Position numbers and translations under genes: made by a program
Assembly: GCA_965277285.1 (NCBI GenBank)
Contig: OZ255721.1
Location: 3,552,001 to 3,616,000, forward strand
From: Abditibacteriaceae bacterium
GTDB lineage: Bacteria; Armatimonadota; Abditibacteriia; Abditibacteriales; Abditibacteriaceae
Reading direction: 5' to 3'
Length of the DNA: 64,000 nucleotides
Notes under the pieces: model-generated
Told to the model about the DNA's origin: nothing
Database searches by the model: none
The model's input: the letters and a program-made list of their open reading frames with translations, nothing else
Shown: positions 30,314 to 38,844 of the stretch, in pieces
How the letters are laid out: each line of letters opens with the position of its first letter
Numbering within the stretch: the first letter of the stretch is position 1

Positions 30314-31384
30314 TTATGCCAGCAACTTGACAGTGCGTTTTTCGCGCGCGCTTTGAACTGCGCTGTCCACAATCTGCTGCCCGATGCGCGAGATTTCAGT
30401 TGTCAAAGGCCCGTGAATCGGCGTGCCGTTTTCTATCACGTCCACGATATGCGCAATTGGGTTTTGCATTGACACTGCAACTTCATCAACTGGCAAATCG
30501 AAGCCTGCGGATTTGTCTTCGGTTTGAATGCGCAAGATTGTGGCGTAATCCGGGCAGGAAATCGTGCCTTTTGTTCCGACCAGAACGTAGCCGCACGTCG
30601 GTTGCGGCTGATGTGTCCACGGATCGGAAAAAGTGCCCCAGCGCGTTTCGATTTTCGACAAACCCTGCGCATAGCACGCGACGATAATCGCGTGTTCATC
30701 GACTTCCAGACCTTGCGGTTCATCGACGACGCACGTCACTTCGAGCGGCGCGCGCCCGTTTTGAAACCAGGTTCCCAAGGTCGCGCCATAACCCGCGTAA
30801 TCGAGCAGCGAACCGCCGCCTTTTTCGCGCTTGTACCACCAACTTCCCGCTTTTTCCTGCGCAACTTGTGCGGCGCTCACTTCCACTTTATCGGCGCGAT
30901 GAAACAACGGCCCGCGATTGCCGCCATAATGATGAAACTCGACGACTTCGCCGACCAAACCCTCATCGAGTACTCGTTTCGTGGTCAAAATACCCGCAAA
31001 CCACGCCGTCGGCCAGTTGATGAAAAGGTGCTTGCCGGTTTTATGAATGGCTTCAATCATCGCGTCTGCATCGTGCAAAGAAGACGCGAACGGTTTTTCA
31101 ACCAGAATGTGCATTCCAAACGGTGCAATTCGTTCTGTCCACAGCGCATGTTCGCCCGTCGCGGGACACAAAATCACCACGTCGGGACGTGTTTCTTCCA
31201 GGCACTTTCGATAATCGGTGAAGATTTTTTCCGGCGAAATGTCCAACGCTTGCGCCGTTTCCTGCATTCGCTCGGCGTTTTCATCGCTGATGCCGACAAT
31301 TTCGGCGTTGGGATGTTCACTGACATAGCGCAGTAAATCGCCCATGTGCATATGATCGAAGTTGATGCCCGCAAATTTAATCAT
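30314..31384 (-). CDS. Gfo/Idh/MocA family oxidoreductase
   Basis: N-terminal Rossmann-like region, HILVEKP and GGGSLLDY. Confidence 0.88.
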   Translation of the reverse strand: MIKFAGINFDHMHMGDLLRYVSEHPNAEIVGISDENAERMQETAQALDISPEKIFTDYRKCLEETRPDVVILCPATGEHALWTERIAPFGMHILVEKPFASSLHDADAMIEAIHKTGKHLFINWPTAWFAGILTTKRVLDEGLVGEVVEFHHYGGNRGPLFHRADKVEVSAAQVAQEKAGSWWYKREKGGGSLLDYAGYGATLGTWFQNGRAPLEVTCVVDEPQGLEVDEHAIIVACYAQGLSKIETRWGTFSDPWTHQPQPTCGYVLVGTKGTISCPDYATILRIQTEDKSAGFDLPVDEVAVSMQNPIAHIVDVIENGTPIHGPLTTEISRIGQQIVDSAVQSAREKRTVKLLA

Positions 31385-31474
31385 GTCCGTTCCCTTATGC
31401 CAGTGCGATTCTATGTGCAAGGCCATTTATACTCTTCTTATTGAGCCTGTTGATAGCTTACTTAATAAAGCATC

Positions 31475-31864
31475 TTGGAGTACTGCATGGGTGAATTCAA
31501 GTTGAGGTTCAAAAGAGCCAGGCTCTTCGTAGTGCCTATTATGCTGTTTGCTGTAGTCTTGTTTGCACCAGCGGTCAAGAGAAGAATTGTTGATGTATGT
31601 TGGAGAATTGACCCGCGTGCTGATTTGTTGGATAAAGCTGCTCAAGGCGTAGCCGAATTTGGAACGGTAGATTGTGGAAGAGCAACCTCATTAGAAAGCA
31701 GTGCTTCTGTAGACTCTTGTATCGCCAAGGCGTCTCAACAAGGCCTTCCCGTTCGAGGGCGTTTTGACGCGAGCTGTCTGGATGGGTCTTGTTCCACCAT
31801 CATAGTCAAGACAAAATCGAAAACTATCTCTTTGTTTTTGGGTAAGGATGGGATCGTGAGATAA
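31475..31864 (+). CDS. Hypothetical secreted/membrane protein with several Cys
   Basis: ORF in AT-richer island; hydrophobic N-terminus; start uncertain. Confidence 0.45.
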   Translation: MEYCMGEFKLRFKRARLFVVPIMLFAVVLFAPAVKRRIVDVCWRIDPRADLLDKAAQGVAEFGTVDCGRATSLESSASVDSCIAKASQQGLPVRGRFDASCLDGSCSTIIVKTKSKTISLFLGKDGIVR

Positions 31865-32048
31865 ACCATCGAAATATGATAAGTCCTTGCACAAAAGCAC
31901 GCGTCGAGTACTTGAGTGGGGCGCTTTTCAGTTGTCACGAAATCGTGTTCAATTTATATTGTGCGTCCACGACTCGTTCCAAAAGTCATACACATGGTTT
32001 TCGCTATCTTTGGCAGGTTCTTGTTTACCAGATAAAGTATGGAATGAC

Positions 32049-32360
32049 ATGATAATTATTTCCATACTCAGTGTAATGATCGCCGTCTTTGTGACCATAC
32101 CTTTATGGTTTCTGGCGTTCCTGTGCTTCTTTACGCCTGACGATATTCAGCGTGAGCTTGTAGAAAATTACGAACGGCATCAAAAGAACTTTCCGTCTTT
32201 GCACAAACGCGATCTCCCTTCGGAAAGCGAGAGTATGAAAAGTGAAGCGTATCGCGCCAAAATTAAAACGGTCGGTGCTTTTCTCATGGTCTGCGAAGTC
32301 CTTCTTGTGCTGTATCTTGTGCTGTATCTTGTGGTGTATATGTGCTTCTTCTGGATGTGA
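32049..32360 (+). CDS. Hypothetical two-TM membrane protein
   Basis: Two hydrophobic segments; LVLY repeated by a 12-bp tandem repeat. Confidence 0.45.
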   Translation: MIIISILSVMIAVFVTIPLWFLAFLCFFTPDDIQRELVENYERHQKNFPSLHKRDLPSESESMKSEAYRAKIKTVGAFLMVCEVLLVLYLVLYLVVYMCFFWM

Positions 32361-32376
32361 AGAGGCATTTCGATAA

Positions 32377-33159
32377 GGGTCTGGAGTAGTTAAGGGTTTT
32401 AGATTGGGTATATTCTGAGCAATTTCAGTAGCTCTTTGTAAAGGTCGCTTTGCCGATTGTTGAAACGCCATTCACATTCTTTGAGGTGCAGATAAAACGT
32501 ATGAGCAGGCACTCCGTTGAACTTTTGCAGTCGCCGTTTGGCAAAGCTCCAAAAGCTTTCAATGCCATTGATATGGCGGCTGCCCAAAGCAAACTCATTG
32601 GCGCTATGATCGACTCGAAAGTGTTTTGCGTATCCGACATCGACCAGTCCATTGTATCCCCTCCATCCATCACTGTGAATCGCCACTTCAGGTGCCACGC
32701 GTCCGCGAATGATAGCTTGCAGCAATGATAGCTTGCAGCGTGGCTTTACTGCAATCGGGCACAATTTCGGTGTAGACGCGACCGTTACGCTTGAGCAATC
32801 CAAACACAGGTGTTTTGCCTCCAGCTCCTCGCCCGCTCTTGCCTCGCACACGGCGCGCTCCAAAATAGCTTTCATCGACTTCGACCTCGCCATTGACTTC
32901 GACCTCGCCATTCTCAAAAGGAGATTCGCACTCGCATCGCTCAGGCGTGTGAGTGCGAATCTTAGCGTAAATTGTGTTCACGCTTTTGCGTTGTAAGCCC
33001 GTCAATACAGCCACATCCGAGGCCGCCAAATCCTGAGCGAAGAGCCGCACTAATTGCCGCAAACGCTTCTCCGAAATTCGGGAACGTTTGTAATACTTGT
33101 TTTGCCTTGCCACCACTGAAGTTTTAGCCTCTTTATATCGGCTTAACTACTCCAGACCC
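32377..33159 (-). mobile_element. IS1595-family insertion sequence
   Basis: TIRs GGGTCTGGAGTAGTTAAG / CTTAACTACTCCAGACCC; 8-bp flanks TTCGATAA / TTTGATAA; transposase inside. Confidence 0.88.
32399..33116 (-). pseudogene. IS1595 (ISXO2-like) transposase, frameshifted
   Basis: EVDESYFG..RGAGGKTPVFG in one frame and HSDGWRGY..HINGIESFWS..LKECEWRFN in another; 16-bp duplication at 32708-32739 causes the shift. Confidence 0.88.
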
Positions 33160-33193
33160 TTTGATAATTTACAGGTGAGGTGAAGGACAACTT

Positions 33194-33502
33194 ATGGCAT
33201 GGGTAGACAAATTTCTGGATTTATTAGGCGTGCCTGACGCCAGTAAAATTGACGGCATAACCTTCCTGAAATCTGTGGATCAGGACACTTACAGATTCAT
33301 CGAAGGTGATCGCTCGGTCATAATCAGCATTGAAAGATTATCTGGTAATCCCAGCATGGTTATATATGCAGGACTCGTCACGTTTTGGCAACCGCCTCAT
33401 GAAGGCGAAAGAATCACAGATGTCGACAAGAAAAGAATCATCGGGAAGGTTTGTGCCTGCTTTGATAAACGTGGGTGGACATATGAAATAGACGGGTTGT
33501 GA
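33194..33502 (+). CDS. Small protein resembling polymorphic-toxin immunity protein Imm74
   Basis: VIY..L..WQPPHEGERI...KKRII..V...F.KRG pattern recalled for Imm74; AAGGA upstream. Confidence 0.45.
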   Translation: MAWVDKFLDLLGVPDASKIDGITFLKSVDQDTYRFIEGDRSVIISIERLSGNPSMVIYAGLVTFWQPPHEGERITDVDKKRIIGKVCACFDKRGWTYEIDGL

Positions 33503-33586
33503 TGAGGATAGCCAAGCCTTGACTGACCCGCTCTTTATGAGATTTATTTGAAGAGAAAAACGCTAAAGCCTATCAAGCCCACAGAC

Positions 33587-33626
33587 AAAAGCGCGCTCGT
33601 CGAGTACTCGATTGGAGCGCGCTTTT
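33587..33626. terminator. Hairpin with the 12-bp palindrome in its loop
   Basis: AAAAGCGCGCTC-GTCGAGTACTCGATTG-GAGCGCGCTTTT. Confidence 0.65.
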
Positions 33627-33730
33627 CGTTTATCCCAAATCTCTCTGGAATCTGCAATGCAGTTCAAGCGTTAAGCGCAGCGTTTTCGCTATACTTGACA
33701 AGCTTTCTATCGTATTGAGTACTCGAAATT

Positions 33731-35200
33731 ATGCTGCTTCATCCGTCCAACGTCATCAAGAAATATAAAAATCAGGTCGAAGAAAACGAAGATGTGCGTA
33801 TCGCGCGCAACCAGAACGAACGCGCCACCGCAACGCGTCCCGCCAATGCGCGCGCCAAAGATGGCGGACGACGCACTGAAGGCGCGATTCTCACCGAAAT
33901 CGAAGCGGGCAGCATCGCCGAAGAGTTGGGCTTACAGGCGGGAGATCGAGTACTCGAAATCAACGACAAGCCGGTGCGCGATGCCATTCAATTGAAGATG
34001 GCCGACGCATCCGAACGCGTGACGCTGACGGTTTTGCAAAACGGTCAGGCGCAGATTTTCGACATCGAAAAAGATACTTTTGAACCGATTGGAATGTCGG
34101 CCAACGCCGAACTTTTTGATGGCGTGACGCGTTGCCAGAACAAGTGCCCGTTTTGCTTTGTCGATCAGTTGCCGCCGCGCATCAAGAACGCCAAGAATCT
34201 GCGCCGCACGCTTTATGTGCGCGACGACGATTACCGCTTGAGTTTTCTGCACGGGCATTACATCACGCTGACGAACCTGAGCGACGACGATTACGCGCGC
34301 ATCATTGAAGAAAAATTGTCGCCCTTGTGCGTCAGCGTGCAGGCGACCGATCCCGCGACGCGCATCAAAATGCTGGGCAACAAAAGCGCGGGCGACATCA
34401 TGGAACGCTTGCGCTTCCTCATCGAAAACGGCATTCAAATCAACGCGCAGATCGTTTTATGTCCCGAGATTAACGACCGCGCGCAACTGGACAATTCGAT
34501 TGAAGATTTGATGACGTTGTGGCCGGGCGTCGAATCGGTCGCGGTCGTGCCGGTCGGTTTGACCAAGTTCATGCCCGATAATCGCGGAATGCGCACGGTT
34601 CGTTCGGAAGAAGCGCGGCAGATTATCGAGCAAATTAAGCCGCATCAGACGCGTTGTCAGGAAAAGCTCGGCGCGCGTTTCGTTTATGCCAGCGACGAAA
34701 TGTATTTGCTGTCGGGCGATGCCTTGCCGCCGACAAAGTTTTATGATGGTTTTCCGCAATACGCGAACGGCGTCGGCCTGATGCGCTCGTTTTTGGACGA
34801 CGTGAACAAAGTGCGCCGCCGCAAATATCGCGTACTCGATTCGCAAACGCGCCCGAAAATTACGCTCGTGACGGGAAGTTTGGCGGCTCCCGCCTTGCGG
34901 CAATTGGCGGACGCTTTGAATGAGCGCGGTCTGGCGCAGGCGCGCGTGCGTGAAGTCGTCAACACGTTCTGGGGCGGCAATGTCGCGTGCGCAGGGCTTC
35001 TGATGGGCGAAGAAGTTTTGGATCAATTGCGCGGTGAAGATTGCGGCGACCTGATTTTTTTGCCGCCGGATGCCGTGGACGCCAAAGGTCGCATGCTGGA
35101 CGACATCACGATTGCGGAAATGAGCGCGCAACTCAAGACGCCGATTCGTCACGACGCGCATGGGCCATTGGATTTGGCCGATTTATTGGCGCTGCAATAA
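33731..35200 (+). CDS. PDZ + radical SAM + DUF512 protein
   Basis: GSIAEELGLQAGDRVLEIN PDZ; CQNKCPFC; DDDYRLSFLHG; AVVPVGLT; QYANGVG; start uncertain. Confidence 0.88.
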   Translation: MLLHPSNVIKKYKNQVEENEDVRIARNQNERATATRPANARAKDGGRRTEGAILTEIEAGSIAEELGLQAGDRVLEINDKPVRDAIQLKMADASERVTLTVLQNGQAQIFDIEKDTFEPIGMSANAELFDGVTRCQNKCPFCFVDQLPPRIKNAKNLRRTLYVRDDDYRLSFLHGHYITLTNLSDDDYARIIEEKLSPLCVSVQATDPATRIKMLGNKSAGDIMERLRFLIENGIQINAQIVLCPEINDRAQLDNSIEDLMTLWPGVESVAVVPVGLTKFMPDNRGMRTVRSEEARQIIEQIKPHQTRCQEKLGARFVYASDEMYLLSGDALPPTKFYDGFPQYANGVGLMRSFLDDVNKVRRRKYRVLDSQTRPKITLVTGSLAAPALRQLADALNERGLAQARVREVVNTFWGGNVACAGLLMGEEVLDQLRGEDCGDLIFLPPDAVDAKGRMLDDITIAEMSAQLKTPIRHDAHGPLDLADLLALQ

Positions 35201-35212
35201 CAGTTTCCCTTC

Positions 35213-35506
35213 ATGCCCACGATTGTTTATGTCGATGTCGATGATACATTTGTGCGCAGTGTTGGCACCAAGCGCATCCCGATTCCGGCTGTGATTCGCA
35301 CCATCAAACTGTGGAAAGAGCAGGGCGAAACTCTTTATTGTTGGAGTTCGGGCGGCGCCGATTACGCGCGACAAAGTGCGCAAGAGTTTGGCATTGAAGA
35401 ATGTTTCGTCGCGTTTTTGCCCAAGCCCAACGTTCTTTTAGATGATCAAAATATCAACGAATGGCGAGGTTTGAAATACGTTCATCCAGCGGAGTGCGAT
35501 AATTGA
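35213..35506 (+). CDS. Small HAD-superfamily protein
   Basis: YVDVDDT, WSSGG and KP..LLDD motifs. Confidence 0.7.
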   Translation: MPTIVYVDVDDTFVRSVGTKRIPIPAVIRTIKLWKEQGETLYCWSSGGADYARQSAQEFGIEECFVAFLPKPNVLLDDQNINEWRGLKYVHPAECDN

Positions 35507-35511
35507 AATGA

Positions 35512-35545
35512 GAAAAACGCGGCTCGTTACCAAGCCGCGTTTTTT
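35512..35545 (+). terminator. Rho-independent terminator
   Basis: AAAAACGCGGCT...AGCCGCGTTTTTT. Confidence 0.65.
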
Positions 35546-35630
35546 CTTTGTCGAGTACTCGAAGCGTTGAAATTGGCGGCGAAAAAGTTAGAATGAAGCG
35601 GAAACCATCACGATAAGATTTGGAGAAAGC

Positions 35631-37613
35631 ATGACATCGAAGTTGAAATGGGGCGTTTTGGGAACTGGCAATATCGCGCGCACTTTTGCCAAAGGCGTGC
35701 GCGCCTCGAAGTCCGGTGAACTTGTTGCCGTCGGCAGCCGGACTCAGGAAAGCGCGGATAAGTTCGCAAACGAGTACTCGATTGCGGTTCGTCACGCGAG
35801 TTATGACGCGTTGTTGGCCGATGAAAATGTGCAGGCGATTTATATTTCGACGCCGCATCCTTTGCACGCGGAATGGGCGATCAAAGCGGCGCGCGCCGGC
35901 AAACATATTTTGTGCGAAAAACCTTTGACGATGAACGCTCCCGAAGCGATGACAATCGTCGAAGCCTGTCGCGCCAACAACGTAATTTTGATGGAAGCGT
36001 TCATGTATCGCTGCCATCCGCAAACCGCGAAATTGGTTGAATTGATTAAGCAAAAAATCATCGGCGACGTAAAAATGATTCGCGCAAATTTCAGTTTTCG
36101 CGCCGGATTTGATCCACAAAGTCGCTTGTATAATAAGGAATTGGGCGGCGGCGGCATTCTCGATGTCGGCTGCTACACGGCTTCGATGACGCGCTTGATT
36201 GTGGGCGCCACTTTAGGACGCGACTTCGCCGATCCATTGGAAGTTCGGGCGATTGGACATCGGGGCGAAAGCGGCGTGGATGAATATTCCACCGCGATTT
36301 TAAGGTTTGACGGCGACATCGTCGCGCAACTTTCCAGCGGCGTCGGCCTAAATATGGACAACACGGTTCACGTTTTCGGGACAGAAGGAAGTTTGACAGT
36401 TCCCGATCCATGGTTTTGCGGCGCCTCGAAAATCGTCGTTGAGAAGGGCGGAAAAACCGAAGAAATAGCGGTCGAAGCGGGCGAAAACCTTTATGCCTAC
36501 GAAGCCGATGCCTTCGCGGACGCAGTGCAAAATAATCGCGCGCCGCATCCCGCGCCCAGCCCGCAAGATTCGATCAGCAATATGCTGGTGCTCGATAAAT
36601 GGCGCAAAGCGATTGGTCTCGAGTACTCGAACGACACGCTGAGTGGTCAAACTGCGCCGCTTTCCAGAACGCCGCTCAAGGTGCAGTCCGATGCGCCAAT
36701 GACTTATGGCAGCGTGCGGCATTTGGACAAGAAAGTATCGCGCGTAGTGATGGGCGGCATGCTGGAAAACATCGTTTTTCAGGCGCCGCAAGGCATGGCG
36801 ATGTATGACGATTTCTTCGAGCGTGGCGGCAACTGTTTCGATACCGGCTACATTTATGGCTCGAGCGACAATGTGCTGGGTCACTGGATCAACAGTCGCG
36901 GCGTGCGCAACGAAGTCGTGACATTGGTCAAAGGCGCGCACTCGCCGCATTGCAATCCCGACAAATTGAGTGCTCAATTGCTGGAAAGCCTTGAGCGGAT
37001 GCAGATGGATTTCACCGACCTTTACATGATGCACCGCGACAACCTCGAAGTGCCGGTGGCCGAGTTCATCGACGTTTTGAACGAGCACGTCAAGGCTGGT
37101 CGCATCAAAGCTTTTGGCGGCTCGAACTGGTCGAATGAACGCGTGCAGGCAGCCAACGATTACGCCAATTCCAAAGGTTTGCAGGGCTTTTCCGCGATCA
37201 GCAACAACTTCAGTTTGGCGCGCATGATCGACCCGATTTGGGGCGGCTGCATCGCATCGTCCGATGCGCAATCGCGCGCCTGGCTGACGCAAAACCAGTT
37301 GGCGATTATGCCGTGGAGCAGTCAGGCGCGCGGCTTTTTCGTGCGCGGCGACCGCAATTTTACAGCGGATGAAGAATTGGTGCGTTGCTGGTATTCCGAC
37401 GACAACTTTCAGCGCTTGGAACGCGTGCGCGAAATGGCGGCGCAGCGCAATCTGAAGCCGATTGAAATCGCACTGGCTTATGTTTTGAATCAACCGTTTC
37501 CAACTTTCCCGCTAATTGGCCCGCAAACCATTGACGAAACACGCTCGTCGCTAAATGCCTTGAATATCCAACTTTCTCCCGACGAAGTGAAGTGGCTGAA
37601 TTTGGAAGCGTAA
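35631..37613 (+). CDS. Gfo/Idh/MocA oxidoreductase fused to aldo/keto reductase
   Basis: GTGNIA, LCEKP and GGGILDVGCY, then FDTGYIYG, DLYMMHRD, GGSNW and WSSQARG. Confidence 0.9.
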   Translation: MTSKLKWGVLGTGNIARTFAKGVRASKSGELVAVGSRTQESADKFANEYSIAVRHASYDALLADENVQAIYISTPHPLHAEWAIKAARAGKHILCEKPLTMNAPEAMTIVEACRANNVILMEAFMYRCHPQTAKLVELIKQKIIGDVKMIRANFSFRAGFDPQSRLYNKELGGGGILDVGCYTASMTRLIVGATLGRDFADPLEVRAIGHRGESGVDEYSTAILRFDGDIVAQLSSGVGLNMDNTVHVFGTEGSLTVPDPWFCGASKIVVEKGGKTEEIAVEAGENLYAYEADAFADAVQNNRAPHPAPSPQDSISNMLVLDKWRKAIGLEYSNDTLSGQTAPLSRTPLKVQSDAPMTYGSVRHLDKKVSRVVMGGMLENIVFQAPQGMAMYDDFFERGGNCFDTGYIYGSSDNVLGHWINSRGVRNEVVTLVKGAHSPHCNPDKLSAQLLESLERMQMDFTDLYMMHRDNLEVPVAEFIDVLNEHVKAGRIKAFGGSNWSNERVQAANDYANSKGLQGFSAISNNFSLARMIDPIWGGCIASSDAQSRAWLTQNQLAIMPWSSQARGFFVRGDRNFTADEELVRCWYSDDNFQRLERVREMAAQRNLKPIEIALAYVLNQPFPTFPLIGPQTIDETRSSLNALNIQLSPDEVKWLNLEA

Positions 37614-37637
37614 TCGAGTACTCGATTGAAGCCAGAA

Positions 37638-37715
37638 GAACCCTGAGCGTAAGCGACGGGTGAACTTATAGGTTGATGTCGCTATAAGTTCACCCGTCGC
37701 TTACGCTCAGGGTTC
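37638..37715. repeat. REP-like inverted repeat (AACCC..AGCGTAAGCGACGGG family)
   Basis: Long perfect stem between convergent genes; related copy at 49434-49523. Confidence 0.8.
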
Positions 37716-37721
37716 GTTTTG

Positions 37722-38498
37722 TTATTTCGCCTTCTTCTCTTCGTCTTCGCGCATTAAACGCTCGAACTGTTTCTTGCGGCGGGCGCGCGCCATTTTCTCG
37801 AAAGGGTTCAAGTCGCGCCACGAAAAATCGTCGTCGCGGCGATTGCGCTTTGGTTTTTTCGCTTTGATGGGGCGCGGCGTGTAGGGAATTGATGAATACA
37901 ACGCGATGTCGCGCCAGGCGCGCGTTCGAACCCACCAATAACTGGCAGCGCAACCGCTCAGCGCGAAGACGCCCGCCAGAGGATGAATGCGCCCGTAGGA
38001 AAACAGGATAAACAGAACTTCGCCCACTGCCATCCACTTCGCCAGAATAGGAATGAGACCCATCCAGCGAACTTCCAAATCGGGATTCAACATACACCAA
38101 GCGATGAAGAGCGCCGCCAACGGCATGGTGTTGGAAACCGGAAGAGGCGTTTTGATGATGAACGAGCAAAGTGTCAGCCCTACGGCAGTGATCACGCCCA
38201 TCAAAAAAAAGTAGATAGCGAAAAAACGTGTGCCCCATGAACGTTCCAGCGAGCTACCGATGAACCAGAGGAATAAGCCATAAAACAAAAGCCCAATCGG
38301 GTCGGAAGAATATAAAGGGTACGTCAGTGCCGTCCACGGCATTCGCCACGAATAGGGAGCGGCGAACACCAGATAACGCGCAATCGGCACAAAGGCGCCA
38401 ACAATCAGCGTCAAAACATTGACCAGAATGATGACTTTGGTCAGCGGATAACTGCCTTCGACCCACCAATAGCGCACGCGGCTGAGAAAATTTTGCAT
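37722..38498 (-). CDS. Rhomboid-like membrane protein
   Basis: PWTALTYP, LWFIGSSLERSWG and LIPILAKW; catalytic GxS/H not evident. Confidence 0.7.
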   Translation of the reverse strand: MQNFLSRVRYWWVEGSYPLTKVIILVNVLTLIVGAFVPIARYLVFAAPYSWRMPWTALTYPLYSSDPIGLLFYGLFLWFIGSSLERSWGTRFFAIYFFLMGVITAVGLTLCSFIIKTPLPVSNTMPLAALFIAWCMLNPDLEVRWMGLIPILAKWMAVGEVLFILFSYGRIHPLAGVFALSGCAASYWWVRTRAWRDIALYSSIPYTPRPIKAKKPKRNRRDDDFSWRDLNPFEKMARARRKKQFERLMREDEEKKAK

Positions 38499-38510
38499 AA
38501 TTTACGGCGT

Positions 38511-38675
38511 TTAAAACACGTCTTCCAGCACAATGTTCAACGATGGAAAGGCGCGTGGTGTCCATCTTTCCGCACGCTTTGATTCATTTTCAATACGATA
38601 AGTGTCGCCCATAAAACGTATTCTTCCACCAAATCGAGTGCGGGATTGACAATCCAATAATACGTGCCGATCTGG
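38511..38675 (-). pseudogene. Uma2-family endonuclease C-terminal remnant
   Basis: QIGTYYWIVNPALDLVEEYVL in one frame continues after a frameshift as GDTYRIE...FPSLNIVLEDVF*. Confidence 0.55.
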
Positions 38676-38680
38676 GAATG

Positions 38681-38821
38681 GAACACGGAAGCTGCGCTTA
38701 CACGGATTGAACGGACGAACACGGATTTTGAGATGTACGGTCGCATTGCAATGCGACCGTCCGATAAATTTTCTGATCCGTGTCCATCCGTTCAATCCGT
38801 GTAAGCGCAGCTTCCGTGTCC
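38681..38821. repeat. Intergenic inverted repeat (ACACGGAT family)
   Basis: ACACGGAAGCTGCGCTTACACGGATTGAACGGA ... TCCGTTCAATCCGTGTAAGCGCAGCTTCCGTGT. Confidence 0.75.
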
Positions 38822-38844
38822 TCTTTTCACGATGGTTCCTTAGT

